Origin: an uncultured Flavobacteriales bacterium
Lineage (GTDB): Bacteria; Bacteroidota; Bacteroidia; Flavobacteriales_G; Salibacteraceae
DNA length: 64,000 bases
Direction: 5' to 3'
Assembly: GCA_937899835.1 (NCBI GenBank)
Contig: CALCCE010000251.1
Location: 30,623 to 94,622, forward strand
How positions within the stretch are numbered: the stretch's first letter is position 1; each line of letters begins with the position of its first letter. A program made the position numbers and the translations under genes. This document shows positions 20,201 through 26,802 of this stretch, in pieces. The notes below the pieces were generated by a model, which was not told where the DNA came from, did no database searches, and was given only the letters and a program-made list of their open reading frames with translations.

Positions 20201-23200
20201 CCATCAGGTTCAGTAACCGTTACCGTCACCGATGGCAATGGTTGTACCACAAGCTCTACTGGATTTGTGGGTGCTCCTCCGGCCATTGGCGCTCCGGGCG
20301 GAATCACCTCGAGTAACGGTAACTCCTTCTGCTCCAACGGTTCCACCGCTACTTTGCTGACGGTACCAGGGGGTTCAGGCGTACAAACTTTTACCTTCAC
20401 TACTGGTACAGCCTGTTCCTTTACCACCGGTGGAAATCTGAACTTCAATATTCCCAACACTCCGACCAATGCAAGTGGATCAGGGGTACTTCGGGTATAT
20501 TACGACGGTGACATTGGTCAGGCTTCTGAAGTCATCACTTACTCCGCAGACGGCACTACGCTGGGCACTTCCAACCTCTCCCCAAGTGGTGACTGTCCTA
20601 CGGTATTCTATTTCAAAGATTTTACGGTGAGTGCTACTCAACTCAACAGTTGGGCCTCTAACGGCTCGATCAATGTGTTTGGAGATGGAGCAACCAGCAT
20701 CAACAACATTTGTATAGGTGGCCGTTCCTGGTGTGGTTATGTAGAACTCACCTATCCCTACATCGGTGGTGCTACCACTTATTGGTTTGCCAATTCTTGC
20801 TCGTACAATGTATCGGCCAGCGTGGGCTCAGGAGATTCGCTCAACGTGGCTCCTACCACTACTACCACCTACTATGCGGCTACTTTTGATGGTACTTGCT
20901 GGAGCTTGTGCGACAGTTTGACCATCAATGTAAACCCTACGCCAACCATTGGGGTAACCTCCACCGCGGCCATTTGTCCGGGTGTTTCGGCAACATTGAC
21001 CGCCACCGGAGCCTCTACCTACGTTTGGAGTCCTGTGACAGGATTGAACACCGGTACTGGTAGTACAGTAACCGCTGCTCCAACTACGACAACGACTTAT
21101 ACCGTCACTGGTACGGACGCCAACGGCTGTACTGCTTCGGCCTCCACCACGGTAACGGTAAACCCTGGCGTAACCGTAAGTGCCAGTTCGCCCACGTTCG
21201 GCTCAGGAAACAACATTTCCTGCTTCGGTGCCAACGATGGTAGTGTTAACCTTTCGATTACCTCGGGCGCTTCGCCTTACACTTTTGCCTGGACCGGACC
21301 TGGTTCTTTTAGCTCTACATCACAAAACATTACCGGATTAGCAACAGGCAGTTATCAAGTGACGGTGACTGATGCCAACGGATGTATCGATAACACTTCC
21401 ATCACACTCACTGGCCCTTCGGGAGCACTCACGGCTTCGGCCAGCTCCAGCTTGCAGGCAGGTGGTTTCAACCTCAGCTGTAATGGTGGCAGCGATGGTT
21501 CCATTACCTTGGCCGTGAGCGGAGGGTCTCCAACTTATACTTACAACTGGTCTGGCCCTTCCAGCTTCAGTGCCACGGTACCCAACCCAGGAAACCTTTC
21601 GGCGGGTGCCTATTCGGTCACCGTAACTGATTTGGCGGGTTGTTCTACTACCACCTCCATTTCACTTACTGAACCTACCACAGTTAGTGCTACGGTTACT
21701 CCGGTGGTTCAAAGCAATGGTTTCAACCTCAGTTGCGCCAACAGCAGCGATGGCGATATTACCGCCAATGCAAGTGGTGGTTTAAGTCCTTACACGTACG
21801 GTTGGTCTGGCCCGGGTGCTTATACCGGTAGTGGTGCTAACATCACCGGTTTAGTAGTAGGTACTTATAGCCTCACCGTAACCGATGCCAACGGATGTAC
21901 TTATACCGATTCGCAAGTGCTTACCGCGCCTACGGGTGTAACCACCAGCATCACTTCTCCTACCTTCACCGGTGGTTTCAACATCAGTTGTGCAGGAAAT
22001 ACCGATGGTAGTGCCACGGTTTCGGCTTCTGGTGGAGCTGGAAACTATACCTTCAACTGGTCTGGCCCAGGTGGGTTTACGGCCACTGGTGCCAGCATCA
22101 ACAACCTTGCTGCCGGTTTGTACATCTTGACCACCACCGATGGTGCGGGATGTCAGTTTACAGATTCTATCACGCTGACTGAACCGGTTGTATTGCAAGC
22201 CGGGCTTTCTTCAGTGGATGTAACATGTGTGGGTGGCAACGATGGTAGCATTGCCGCTACCCCAACTGGAGGAAATGGGCCATTTACTTTTAACTGGTCG
22301 CACGACGGTACTTTGACCGGCAGCACCGCCGGTAATCTAACGGAAGGTACCTACCTCATCACTGTGACCGATGCCAATGGTTGTGTGGCCAATGACAGTA
22401 TCACGATTGGCTTCATCAACAACTTGCCGGTGGTAAACCTGGGTAACGATACCAACATTTGTGACGGTGCTACCCTCACACTGAACCCTGGAAGCTTTGT
22501 ATCCTATTCCTGGTCGGGCGGCACATCGAACCCCACGTTAGACGTTACTACCACCGGTTTCTACTCGGTAACAGTAACGGACAACAACACCTGTTCCAAC
22601 ACCGATACTATTGCTGTATTTGTGAATTCAAATCCTGTGGTGAACCTCGGCAACGATACTTCAGTATGCGGAAGTCTCACCCTGGATGCAGGATCAGGAT
22701 ATAGCTCCTATTTGTGGAACGACAACTCAACGGCCTCCACACTAAATGCAGCCAGCGGTGGAACTTACACCGTAACCGTATCCGATGGAAACGGCTGTAC
22801 GGGAAGTAGCTCCATCAATGTAACCATCTCCCCTGCTGCGGCAGTCAACGTGACCACAGTAGATGCCTCTTGTGGCAACACCGACGGAGAAGCTACGGCT
22901 GCACCTGCCGCCGGAAACGGCCCTTACACCTACAACTGGAGCAATGGAGGTACTTCAGCTTCCATCTCCGGACTTGCCGCTGGAACTTACCTGATCACCC
23001 TTACTACGGCCGATGGTTGTACTACGGTGGGCACCGGATCGGTGAACAACAGTGGTGCTCCAAGCTTGAGTATAATTGGATCGGATGTGAGCTGTGCCGG
23101 AGCGGCTGATGGCAGTGCCAGCGTTACGCCAACCGGTGGCGCAACACCTTATGCTTTCCAATGGAACAGTGGACAAACCTCAGGAGCCATCAGCAACTTA

Positions 23201-24235
23201 TCTGGCGGCACCTACATTGTGAATGTGACCGATGCCAACGGATGTGTGGCTTCTGCCTCGTTTGTGGTCAACGAACCCACTCCACTAGTGGCTTCCGGGT
23301 CATCTACGCTGGCCTCCTGTGGCCAGAGCAACGGTAGCGCTACAGTGGTGGTCAGTGGTGGTATTGCGCCACTTACCTACTTGTGGGACGATCCTACTGC
23401 ACAAAATATGAACCCTGCAGTGAACCTCAATGCTGGCCTGTATACCGTTACCGTTACGGATGCTGGTGGTTGTTCAATTGTTACTTCCATAGGGGTCAAC
23501 AATGCCAATGCGGCTACCTTGTCGGTATTGGGCAACAACACCACTTGTGCGGATGATACCGATGGTTCTGCGGTTGTTTCGGTAGCGGGTGGCCTGTCGC
23601 CTTTCACCTATCTGTGGGACGATGCAGCGGGACAAACGACTCCTACTGCCTCCAACCTTGGTGTAGGTACCTACAACGTGGTGGTTACCGATAGCTCAGG
23701 CTGTGTGAGTACCGCTTCAGTAAACATTACGGCCAGCAACCCTGCGCCTATCGTGGATCTCGGTGGACCTTTCGCAGTAATTTGTGAGAACAGTACCTAT
23801 GACATTGATGCTGGAAGTGCTTTCCAAACCTATCTTTGGTCGGACGGTTCTACCAATCAGATATTGTCGGTAAGTACACCTGGAACTTACACGGTAACGG
23901 TAACGGATTTCAATGGCTGTGAGGGAATCGGAGAGCTCACCCTGGTGACCGATCCATGTGTGAGTGTTGCTACGTTGAGTGATCCTTTCTCACTCAATTA
24001 TTTTCCGAATCCAACCTCAGGAGAATTGAACATTGCCATTAAAGGCTGGACGGGCAAAGACCTGCACCTTCAGGTATTCAACCTTCAGGGACAGGTAGTT
24101 TACGCCATGCGCCAGGATCAAATGCCGGCTAACTTCCAGTACCAAATCGATCTCTCTTCTGAAGCGCAGGGCATTTACTTGCTTCGGGTAAGCAACGGTG
24201 AAACGATAGAAACCCGAAAGGTTTCGATAAAATAA
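14285..24235 (+). CDS. giant (3316 aa) T9SS-secreted cell-surface repeat protein (SprB-repeat / Ig-like adhesin)
   Basis: It is a single uninterrupted 9951-nt ORF with a signal peptide (MKKWLRPNFLAILCFGLFCFIAKSQ). It contains about 17 SprB-type repeats (C.G..DGS...GG..PYTY.WS....GL.AG.Y.VTVTD.NGC), Ig-like repeats and a T9SS type A C-terminal domain. Intrinsic terminators flank it on both sides. Confidence 0.9.
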   Translation: MKKWLRPNFLAILCFGLFCFIAKSQDQSGNLYASESTSASTIPKGAVEIVEMRDGHSRTYQNPDGSFTRRQSYGILNFKDEKGQWTPVDETIVIRPEANQVELANVPFPISVDLANGRTNMVMAEGAALAFGDQAELRFEASDGSLVSQRAFVPTGNSSVSGEALTFQDVLPGIDRVQKLHYYLVETDYVLKQAPSVPAGAEYLVMRERIDLPSGWSIATAANTETPEELFLKNAAGEVKGTFWTPVVFDASETKEGATVAQYRLSKDGQHTYLDVLLSVDWLQQPNRQYPVTIEPTLTNTYNFTIGTKLGSSVPCSATLPIVFSAASNISNTNWNYSFRALGSAYRSEQRSRLVGPNSTSTWVSGCCSSNGTQSYNYNSGTVSPASTPAGTLNYVLQAYRTWGSGSSCATNFNYIVANTWDVTVTYTASTPPSSPTGITASAFTVCPGSSVTFTASGVSGTAHWFAGSCGSANPIATGTTVTLNPTSNTTYYVRNFNGLYSASCASVIITMTSSPSVSIISSNSPTCNGLSNGSVAANTTSGLLPYTYNWSNGSSGNVITGVGAGTYSVTVTDGNGCTDSASTTLVNPAAISGTFNSTMPSCPGGSDGSASITGSGGFGSGYSYIWSGGFSGANRTGLSAGTYTVTITDGLGCLGTASVTIADPPALPTPNVTASPSSVCAGAGTSVTLSNSTNVSNATFSQTTPIQCTFTTGGVLNYAFTGVPSGATGNATLTVFYRGDLNLSSEFIAYVGENSYTLGNSFAVSACQSTYSSRTFTVPMSVINTWASDGIVNVIADASSAVGGCSFGAYCSYMSLTFPYGGTTTGTTYWYAGNCPQSISGNIGTGDSLSVVPTTTTTYYASVFDGSCWSVCDSVTVPVNPLPAVVSVASNFTICEGASTTISALGANTYVWSPATGLNTTVGATVQASPTTTTTYTVVGTDANGCSASSNTTITVNPAPTLAPISTSPTCNGGNNGVAGVTASGATAPYSYNWIGGISTSSVVVAAGTYTVTVSDNQGCSSTLPVTVTNPAAVTATFSSVNASCFTASDGIATAFGSGGSGFGYSYVWPSGTTNALESGLAAGTHTVTITDGIGCTGTATVTISSPPPVTPPSVSTSTSSVCQGNTNPVTLSITGGGSGSFNQTLSAACSFTTGGTVNLQYTGLPPNPTGNGTLTVFYRGDLSSTTETIGYSLDGTFIGSSLGTGGSDCQALYTSRTFTISNSQLTSMVADGTINILADATSGVNNFCYSNNTSFCTYTTLTYNYVNSTSAYWFAGSCSQNVSSAIGTGSSVNVTPTTTTTYYAANLDNGCWSVCDSVTVTVNPLPTVSASVTTSTICQGTSTTLTATGASSYSWSPTNGLSSNIGATVTASPSTTTTYTVTGTDANGCSNTATVQVIVSPAPNIVNILPTQPSCATGSDGSAVVTAFGTGTLTYAWSNGATTASNTGLAAGVYTVTVTDAVGCTSTQTTIVNAPAGVSANFSSVNATCATTSDGLASVFGTSGAGGPFTYLWPSGNTNQTESGLSAGTHTVTITDGNGCTGTAAVTISAPAPLATPSITATNTTLCQGSTTSTTLSAVGGVGTGTYTQTKSISCSSITGGTLNFTFTGTPTGAVNNATLTVFYRGDLASSGEVISYSLDGTFVGSSLPTGSPDCQTTYSSRVFTLSASQINSMASNGSISMLADAATSVNNFCYGSNTSFCTYATLTYNYSNNTGLYWFANSCAMSTTAAIGSNAPITVSPTTTTTYYAALYDGSCWGFCDSITINVGTPPVVSATASPSFVCNGASATLTASGASTYAWSPSFGLSSTSGSTVTASPTVSFTYTVVGTDANGCTSSTTVPVTVLSGPSVSINPSSVSCAGGNDGSATSNVSGGLTPYSYNWSNGSSNSSVSGLSAGSISVTVTDGNGCTNTASATIFQPSALSLSVSTSAASCFTSTDGSGSAFGSGGTFPYTYSWSNGSTGQTVNNLPSGSVTVTVTDGNGCTTSSTGFVGAPPAIGAPGGITSSNGNSFCSNGSTATLLTVPGGSGVQTFTFTTGTACSFTTGGNLNFNIPNTPTNASGSGVLRVYYDGDIGQASEVITYSADGTTLGTSNLSPSGDCPTVFYFKDFTVSATQLNSWASNGSINVFGDGATSINNICIGGRSWCGYVELTYPYIGGATTYWFANSCSYNVSASVGSGDSLNVAPTTTTTYYAATFDGTCWSLCDSLTINVNPTPTIGVTSTAAICPGVSATLTATGASTYVWSPVTGLNTGTGSTVTAAPTTTTTYTVTGTDANGCTASASTTVTVNPGVTVSASSPTFGSGNNISCFGANDGSVNLSITSGASPYTFAWTGPGSFSSTSQNITGLATGSYQVTVTDANGCIDNTSITLTGPSGALTASASSSLQAGGFNLSCNGGSDGSITLAVSGGSPTYTYNWSGPSSFSATVPNPGNLSAGAYSVTVTDLAGCSTTTSISLTEPTTVSATVTPVVQSNGFNLSCANSSDGDITANASGGLSPYTYGWSGPGAYTGSGANITGLVVGTYSLTVTDANGCTYTDSQVLTAPTGVTTSITSPTFTGGFNISCAGNTDGSATVSASGGAGNYTFNWSGPGGFTATGASINNLAAGLYILTTTDGAGCQFTDSITLTEPVVLQAGLSSVDVTCVGGNDGSIAATPTGGNGPFTFNWSHDGTLTGSTAGNLTEGTYLITVTDANGCVANDSITIGFINNLPVVNLGNDTNICDGATLTLNPGSFVSYSWSGGTSNPTLDVTTTGFYSVTVTDNNTCSNTDTIAVFVNSNPVVNLGNDTSVCGSLTLDAGSGYSSYLWNDNSTASTLNAASGGTYTVTVSDGNGCTGSSSINVTISPAAAVNVTTVDASCGNTDGEATAAPAAGNGPYTYNWSNGGTSASISGLAAGTYLITLTTADGCTTVGTGSVNNSGAPSLSIIGSDVSCAGAADGSASVTPTGGATPYAFQWNSGQTSGAISNLSGGTYIVNVTDANGCVASASFVVNEPTPLVASGSSTLASCGQSNGSATVVVSGGIAPLTYLWDDPTAQNMNPAVNLNAGLYTVTVTDAGGCSIVTSIGVNNANAATLSVLGNNTTCADDTDGSAVVSVAGGLSPFTYLWDDAAGQTTPTASNLGVGTYNVVVTDSSGCVSTASVNITASNPAPIVDLGGPFAVICENSTYDIDAGSAFQTYLWSDGSTNQILSVSTPGTYTVTVTDFNGCEGIGELTLVTDPCVSVATLSDPFSLNYFPNPTSGELNIAIKGWTGKDLHLQVFNLQGQVVYAMRQDQMPANFQYQIDLSSEAQGIYLLRVSNGETIETRKVSIK
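15830..21165 (+). repeat. four in-frame copies of a ~1.33 kb (~445 aa) multi-domain super-repeat
   Basis: Approximate copy boundaries are 15830, 17156, 18488, 19826 and 21165. The conserved Y-[RD]-G-D codons recur at 16499, 17825, 19163 and 20504, giving spacings of 1326, 1338 and 1341 nt. A partial unit with an uninterrupted Ig-like domain precedes the array at ~15575-15829. Confidence 0.75.
21166..23960 (+). repeat. tandem SprB-type repeats (5 + 4) interspersed with three LG[NG]D..C Ig-like repeats
   Basis: Units of ~65-70 aa recur, such as GFNLSCNGGSDGSITLAVSGGSPTYTYNWSGP...AGAYSVTVTDLAGC. Three units resemble NLGNDTNICDGATLTLNPG...YSWSGG...GFYSVTVTDNNTC. Confidence 0.65.
23990..24232 (+). 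other. T9SS type A C-terminal sorting domain of the giant protein
   Basis: SLNYFPNPTSGELNIAIKGWTGKDLHLQVFNLQGQVVY...AQGIYLLRVSNGETIETRKVSIK matches the usual Por_Secre_tail / TIGR04183 pattern. Confidence 0.8.
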
Positions 24236-24262
24236 CTCGCTTTCCGGCGAACACCTATCGAA

Positions 24263-24294
24263 GGCTGTACTAGTGAGTACAGCCTTCTTTTTTT
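24263..24294 (+). terminator. intrinsic terminator of the giant gene
   Basis: GGCTGTAC-TAGTGA-GTACAGCC is followed by TTCTTTTTTT. Confidence 0.7.
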
Positions 24295-24298
24295 ACCC

Positions 24299-24327
24299 AA
24301 AAAGGGCCATCTCCGAAGAGATAGCCC
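24299..24327 (-). terminator. intrinsic terminator of rnpB
   Basis: On the minus strand, GGGCTATCTC-TTCG-GAGATGGCCC forms a 10-bp stem (one G-U pair) with a UUCG loop, followed by TTTTT. Confidence 0.65.
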
Positions 24328-24329
24328 TT

Positions 24330-24711
24330 GTACAAGCCGATAAGCCGGATTCTGTCGTGTTCTATCATTTATCTGGGATGCCAGTCGCCTGACACCTCCA
24401 TCGACCTACCCACCTTCATTGCCTGCAGTTGCAGGCCGGAAACGAGCCGCTTCCGTCAAAACCGGAGTTTTTTCATGAAGGTCTATTTGGCCTTTCAACC
24501 CGTGAGGTTTACCCAGCTGCTCCGATCACCCGGAACACTGGTAGGCTCTTACCCTACCGTTTCACCCTTACCCCAACGAGTCGGGGCGGTTTGCTTTCTG
24601 CTGCACTTGCTGTTCCGCCTAAAGGCGGCCCTTCCTGTTAGGAAGCACGGTGCCCTGTGTTGTCCGGACTTTCCTCCCTCCGATTGCCGAAGAGCGATAG
24701 AATAGCTTGCC
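24330..24711 (-). ncRNA. rnpB: RNase P RNA, bacterial type A
   Basis: The reverse complement contains GGAGGGAGGAAAGTCCGGACAACACAGGG (universal P4 5' strand, plus nt ~24661-24685). Near the 3' end it contains ACGACAGAATCCGGCTTATCGGCTTGT (P4 3' strand, nt 24332-24358). The 5' CAAGC (24705-24709) pairs with the 3' GCTTG (24333-24337) as P1. TTCTATC (24696-24702) pairs with GATAGAA (24360-24366) as P2. Ends are approximate to within a few nt. Confidence 0.9.
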
Positions 24712-24730
24712 GGGCAAAAGTAAGTGTAAA

Positions 24731-25309
24731 TCAAAGAAAAACCACCTCGGTAGCGCCACGACCATACCGGCGGAAAGAGGCATCGTAGTAGTCTATTTTT
24801 AGATAATCGTTTAGCATTTGATGCACTTCGGTGCGCAATACTCCTTCTCCTACTCCATGAATGATGATGATCTTCCCCTCTTTTTGGCGAATGGCGGATT
24901 CAATGGCAGACCGGCAATGCTCCAATTGAATTTGCAGCATTTCTCCGTTGGTCAGGTTTCGATAAGAGTCGGTCAGGTTTTGAATGTGCAGGTCTACTTC
25001 GCGAACACCTTTGTCGTTGAGGCGACCACGACGGCTATATTGCACTGGATTGGCCTCTGGAAACTCGGGCTCATTTAGTTTTTGACGTACTGCTTTGAAG
25101 CCGGGATGGCTTTTGTTGGCCTTGGAAACTACGGTGGACGTGTCGCGGCTTTCTCCGTCATTGGGAATGCGCACCAACTGATCAGAGATGTAGGGGAAAA
25201 CAAAGTCGTCTATTTCGACCATCACCTGCCCTCGGGTAGTGATTTCAATCACTACTCCCTCTCCCTTTTCATTCAAAGGTCTAACTTTATCGCCTATTGA
25301 TAGCTTCAC
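24731..25309 (-). CDS. Smr (MutS2 C-terminal-like) domain protein
   Basis: The C-terminal Smr pattern is VDLHIQNL...LEHCRSAIESAIRQKEGKIIIIHGVGEGVLRTEV. A GTG start at 25309 (VKLSIGDKVRPLNEKGEGVV) is the only start that avoids a long overlap with the NUDIX gene. Confidence 0.7.
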   Translation of the reverse strand: MKLSIGDKVRPLNEKGEGVVIEITTRGQVMVEIDDFVFPYISDQLVRIPNDGESRDTSTVVSKANKSHPGFKAVRQKLNEPEFPEANPVQYSRRGRLNDKGVREVDLHIQNLTDSYRNLTNGEMLQIQLEHCRSAIESAIRQKEGKIIIIHGVGEGVLRTEVHQMLNDYLKIDYYDASFRRYGRGATEVVFL

Positions 25310-25330
25310 CTGACAAAAATACGGAACGGC

Positions 25331-25894
25331 GTGAACCAAGACCCAAAAGCTCCCACTGAATCCCCTTGGAAAACCTTGAATAGCAAGGTGGTATATGAAA
25401 CTCCCTGGATCAAAGTAAAACACCACGAAGTCATCACCCCTGGCGGTAGTGAAAGCATTTACGGCACAGTACATTTTCAACACCTGGCCATTGGAATAGT
25501 TCCCGTAGATGCTGAGGGCAATACCTGGCTGGTGGGCCAATACCGTTACCCGATTGCCGAATACTGCTGGGAAATACCGGAAGGTGGTGGCAACCTCAAC
25601 GATACGCCACTGGAGTCTGCACAGCGGGAATTGAAAGAAGAAACGGGTATCGTTGCTCAGCGCTGGGAATTGATTCAGGAAATGCAGGTGAGCAACTCGG
25701 CTACCGACGAGTACGCTTACATTTACCTGGCCCGGGATTTAACCTTTCATGCACCATCCCCTGACGAGGATGAAGACCTGAAAATTTGGAAGTTACCGTT
25801 AATCAAAGCCATCGAGATGGTGATGGATGGCACAATAAAAGACAGTCTTTCGGTGGCTGGTTTGCTACGTGCCAAGGTAGCGCTTGGCCTGTAA
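25331..25894 (+). CDS. NUDIX hydrolase (ADP-ribose pyrophosphatase-like)
   Basis: It has a Nudix box (GGGNLNDTPLESAQRELKEETGI). The start is GTG. An in-frame stop at 25301-25303 limits any upstream extension. Confidence 0.85.
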   Translation: MNQDPKAPTESPWKTLNSKVVYETPWIKVKHHEVITPGGSESIYGTVHFQHLAIGIVPVDAEGNTWLVGQYRYPIAEYCWEIPEGGGNLNDTPLESAQRELKEETGIVAQRWELIQEMQVSNSATDEYAYIYLARDLTFHAPSPDEDEDLKIWKLPLIKAIEMVMDGTIKDSLSVAGLLRAKVALGL

Positions 25895-25900
25895 ACTCCA

Positions 25901-26800
25901 TTACATGTTGATCCAATCGACTTCTTTTCGGAGTAGGTTGAGGGTGGCTTCTTCTGCTGATCCGGCTTCGGGTTGATAATCGTATGGCCATCCCGCCCGG
26001 TTGGGCAGGCTCATCAATATCGACTCAATTCTGCCACTGGTATCGAGGCCAAACTTAGTGCCTTTGTCATACACTAAATTAAATTCAACGTAACGCCCTC
26101 GGCGAAAGAGTTGAAAGTTGCTCTCTTGGTCTCCAAAGGTCAGGTGCTTGTTGCGTTGCACCAGTTCAGTATAAGTTGGAGCAAATGCGGCCCCTACTGC
26201 CTTTACATATTCGAAAAGTGCGGTTTTATCATGGGATTCATTCGCTACCATCCGGTCGAAGAAAATACCGCCTATACCGCGGGTCTCATTCCGATGACGA
26301 ATAAAGAAATAGTCGTCGGCCCAGGTTTTGAACTTGGGATAGTAGTTGGCATCAAAACGGTCGCAAACGGCTTTTAAACTCTGGTGGAAAAAACGGGCAT
26401 CTTCCGGAACTATGTAATGTGGCGTAAGGTCAATTCCACCTCCAAACCACCAAGTGGATTCTGAGAGTTCGAAGTAACGCGTGTTCATGTGAATGATGGG
26501 CACACGTGGACTTTGGGGATGAATAACAATGGAGATTCCGGTGGCAAAAAAGTCGGCCTCGTCCACCTTGAGGGCCTTCTGAATGGTTTCTGGCAGTTGA
26601 CCGTGCACTGCGGAGAAATTGACCCCTCCTTTTTCAAATACGGCTCCATTTTGGATAACCCGGGTTCTTCCCCCGCCTCCGCCATCCCGTTGCCAGAGGT
26701 CTTCCTGAAATTTCACCTTTCCATCTTCGGTTTCCAGGGCTTGACAAATTTGATCTTGAAGGTGCCGAAACCAATCGGCAATTTGCGCCTTGTCGGGCAT
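25901..26800 (-). CDS. hemF: oxygen-dependent coproporphyrinogen III oxidase
   Basis: The full-length product matches the characteristic HemF sequence (WQRDGGGGGRTRVIQNGAVFEKGGVNFSAVHG...GGIFFD...RRGRYVEFNLVYDKGTKFGL). Confidence 0.95.
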   Translation of the reverse strand: MPDKAQIADWFRHLQDQICQALETEDGKVKFQEDLWQRDGGGGGRTRVIQNGAVFEKGGVNFSAVHGQLPETIQKALKVDEADFFATGISIVIHPQSPRVPIIHMNTRYFELSESTWWFGGGIDLTPHYIVPEDARFFHQSLKAVCDRFDANYYPKFKTWADDYFFIRHRNETRGIGGIFFDRMVANESHDKTALFEYVKAVGAAFAPTYTELVQRNKHLTFGDQESNFQLFRRGRYVEFNLVYDKGTKFGLDTSGRIESILMSLPNRAGWPYDYQPEAGSAEEATLNLLRKEVDWINM

Positions 26801-26802
26801 GC

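Noticed and set aside
14333-23607. About 20 off-frame or antisense ORFs (61-168 aa) inside the giant adhesin gene
   Set aside because: They are by-products of the repetitive Thr/Gly/Ser/Ala-rich coding frame. All are nested within one continuous 9951-nt ORF that has clear domain structure.
24328-24734. ORFs 24328..24705(+), 24429..24641(+) and 24549..24734(-)
   Set aside because: They overlie the RNase P RNA gene and have no protein-like features.
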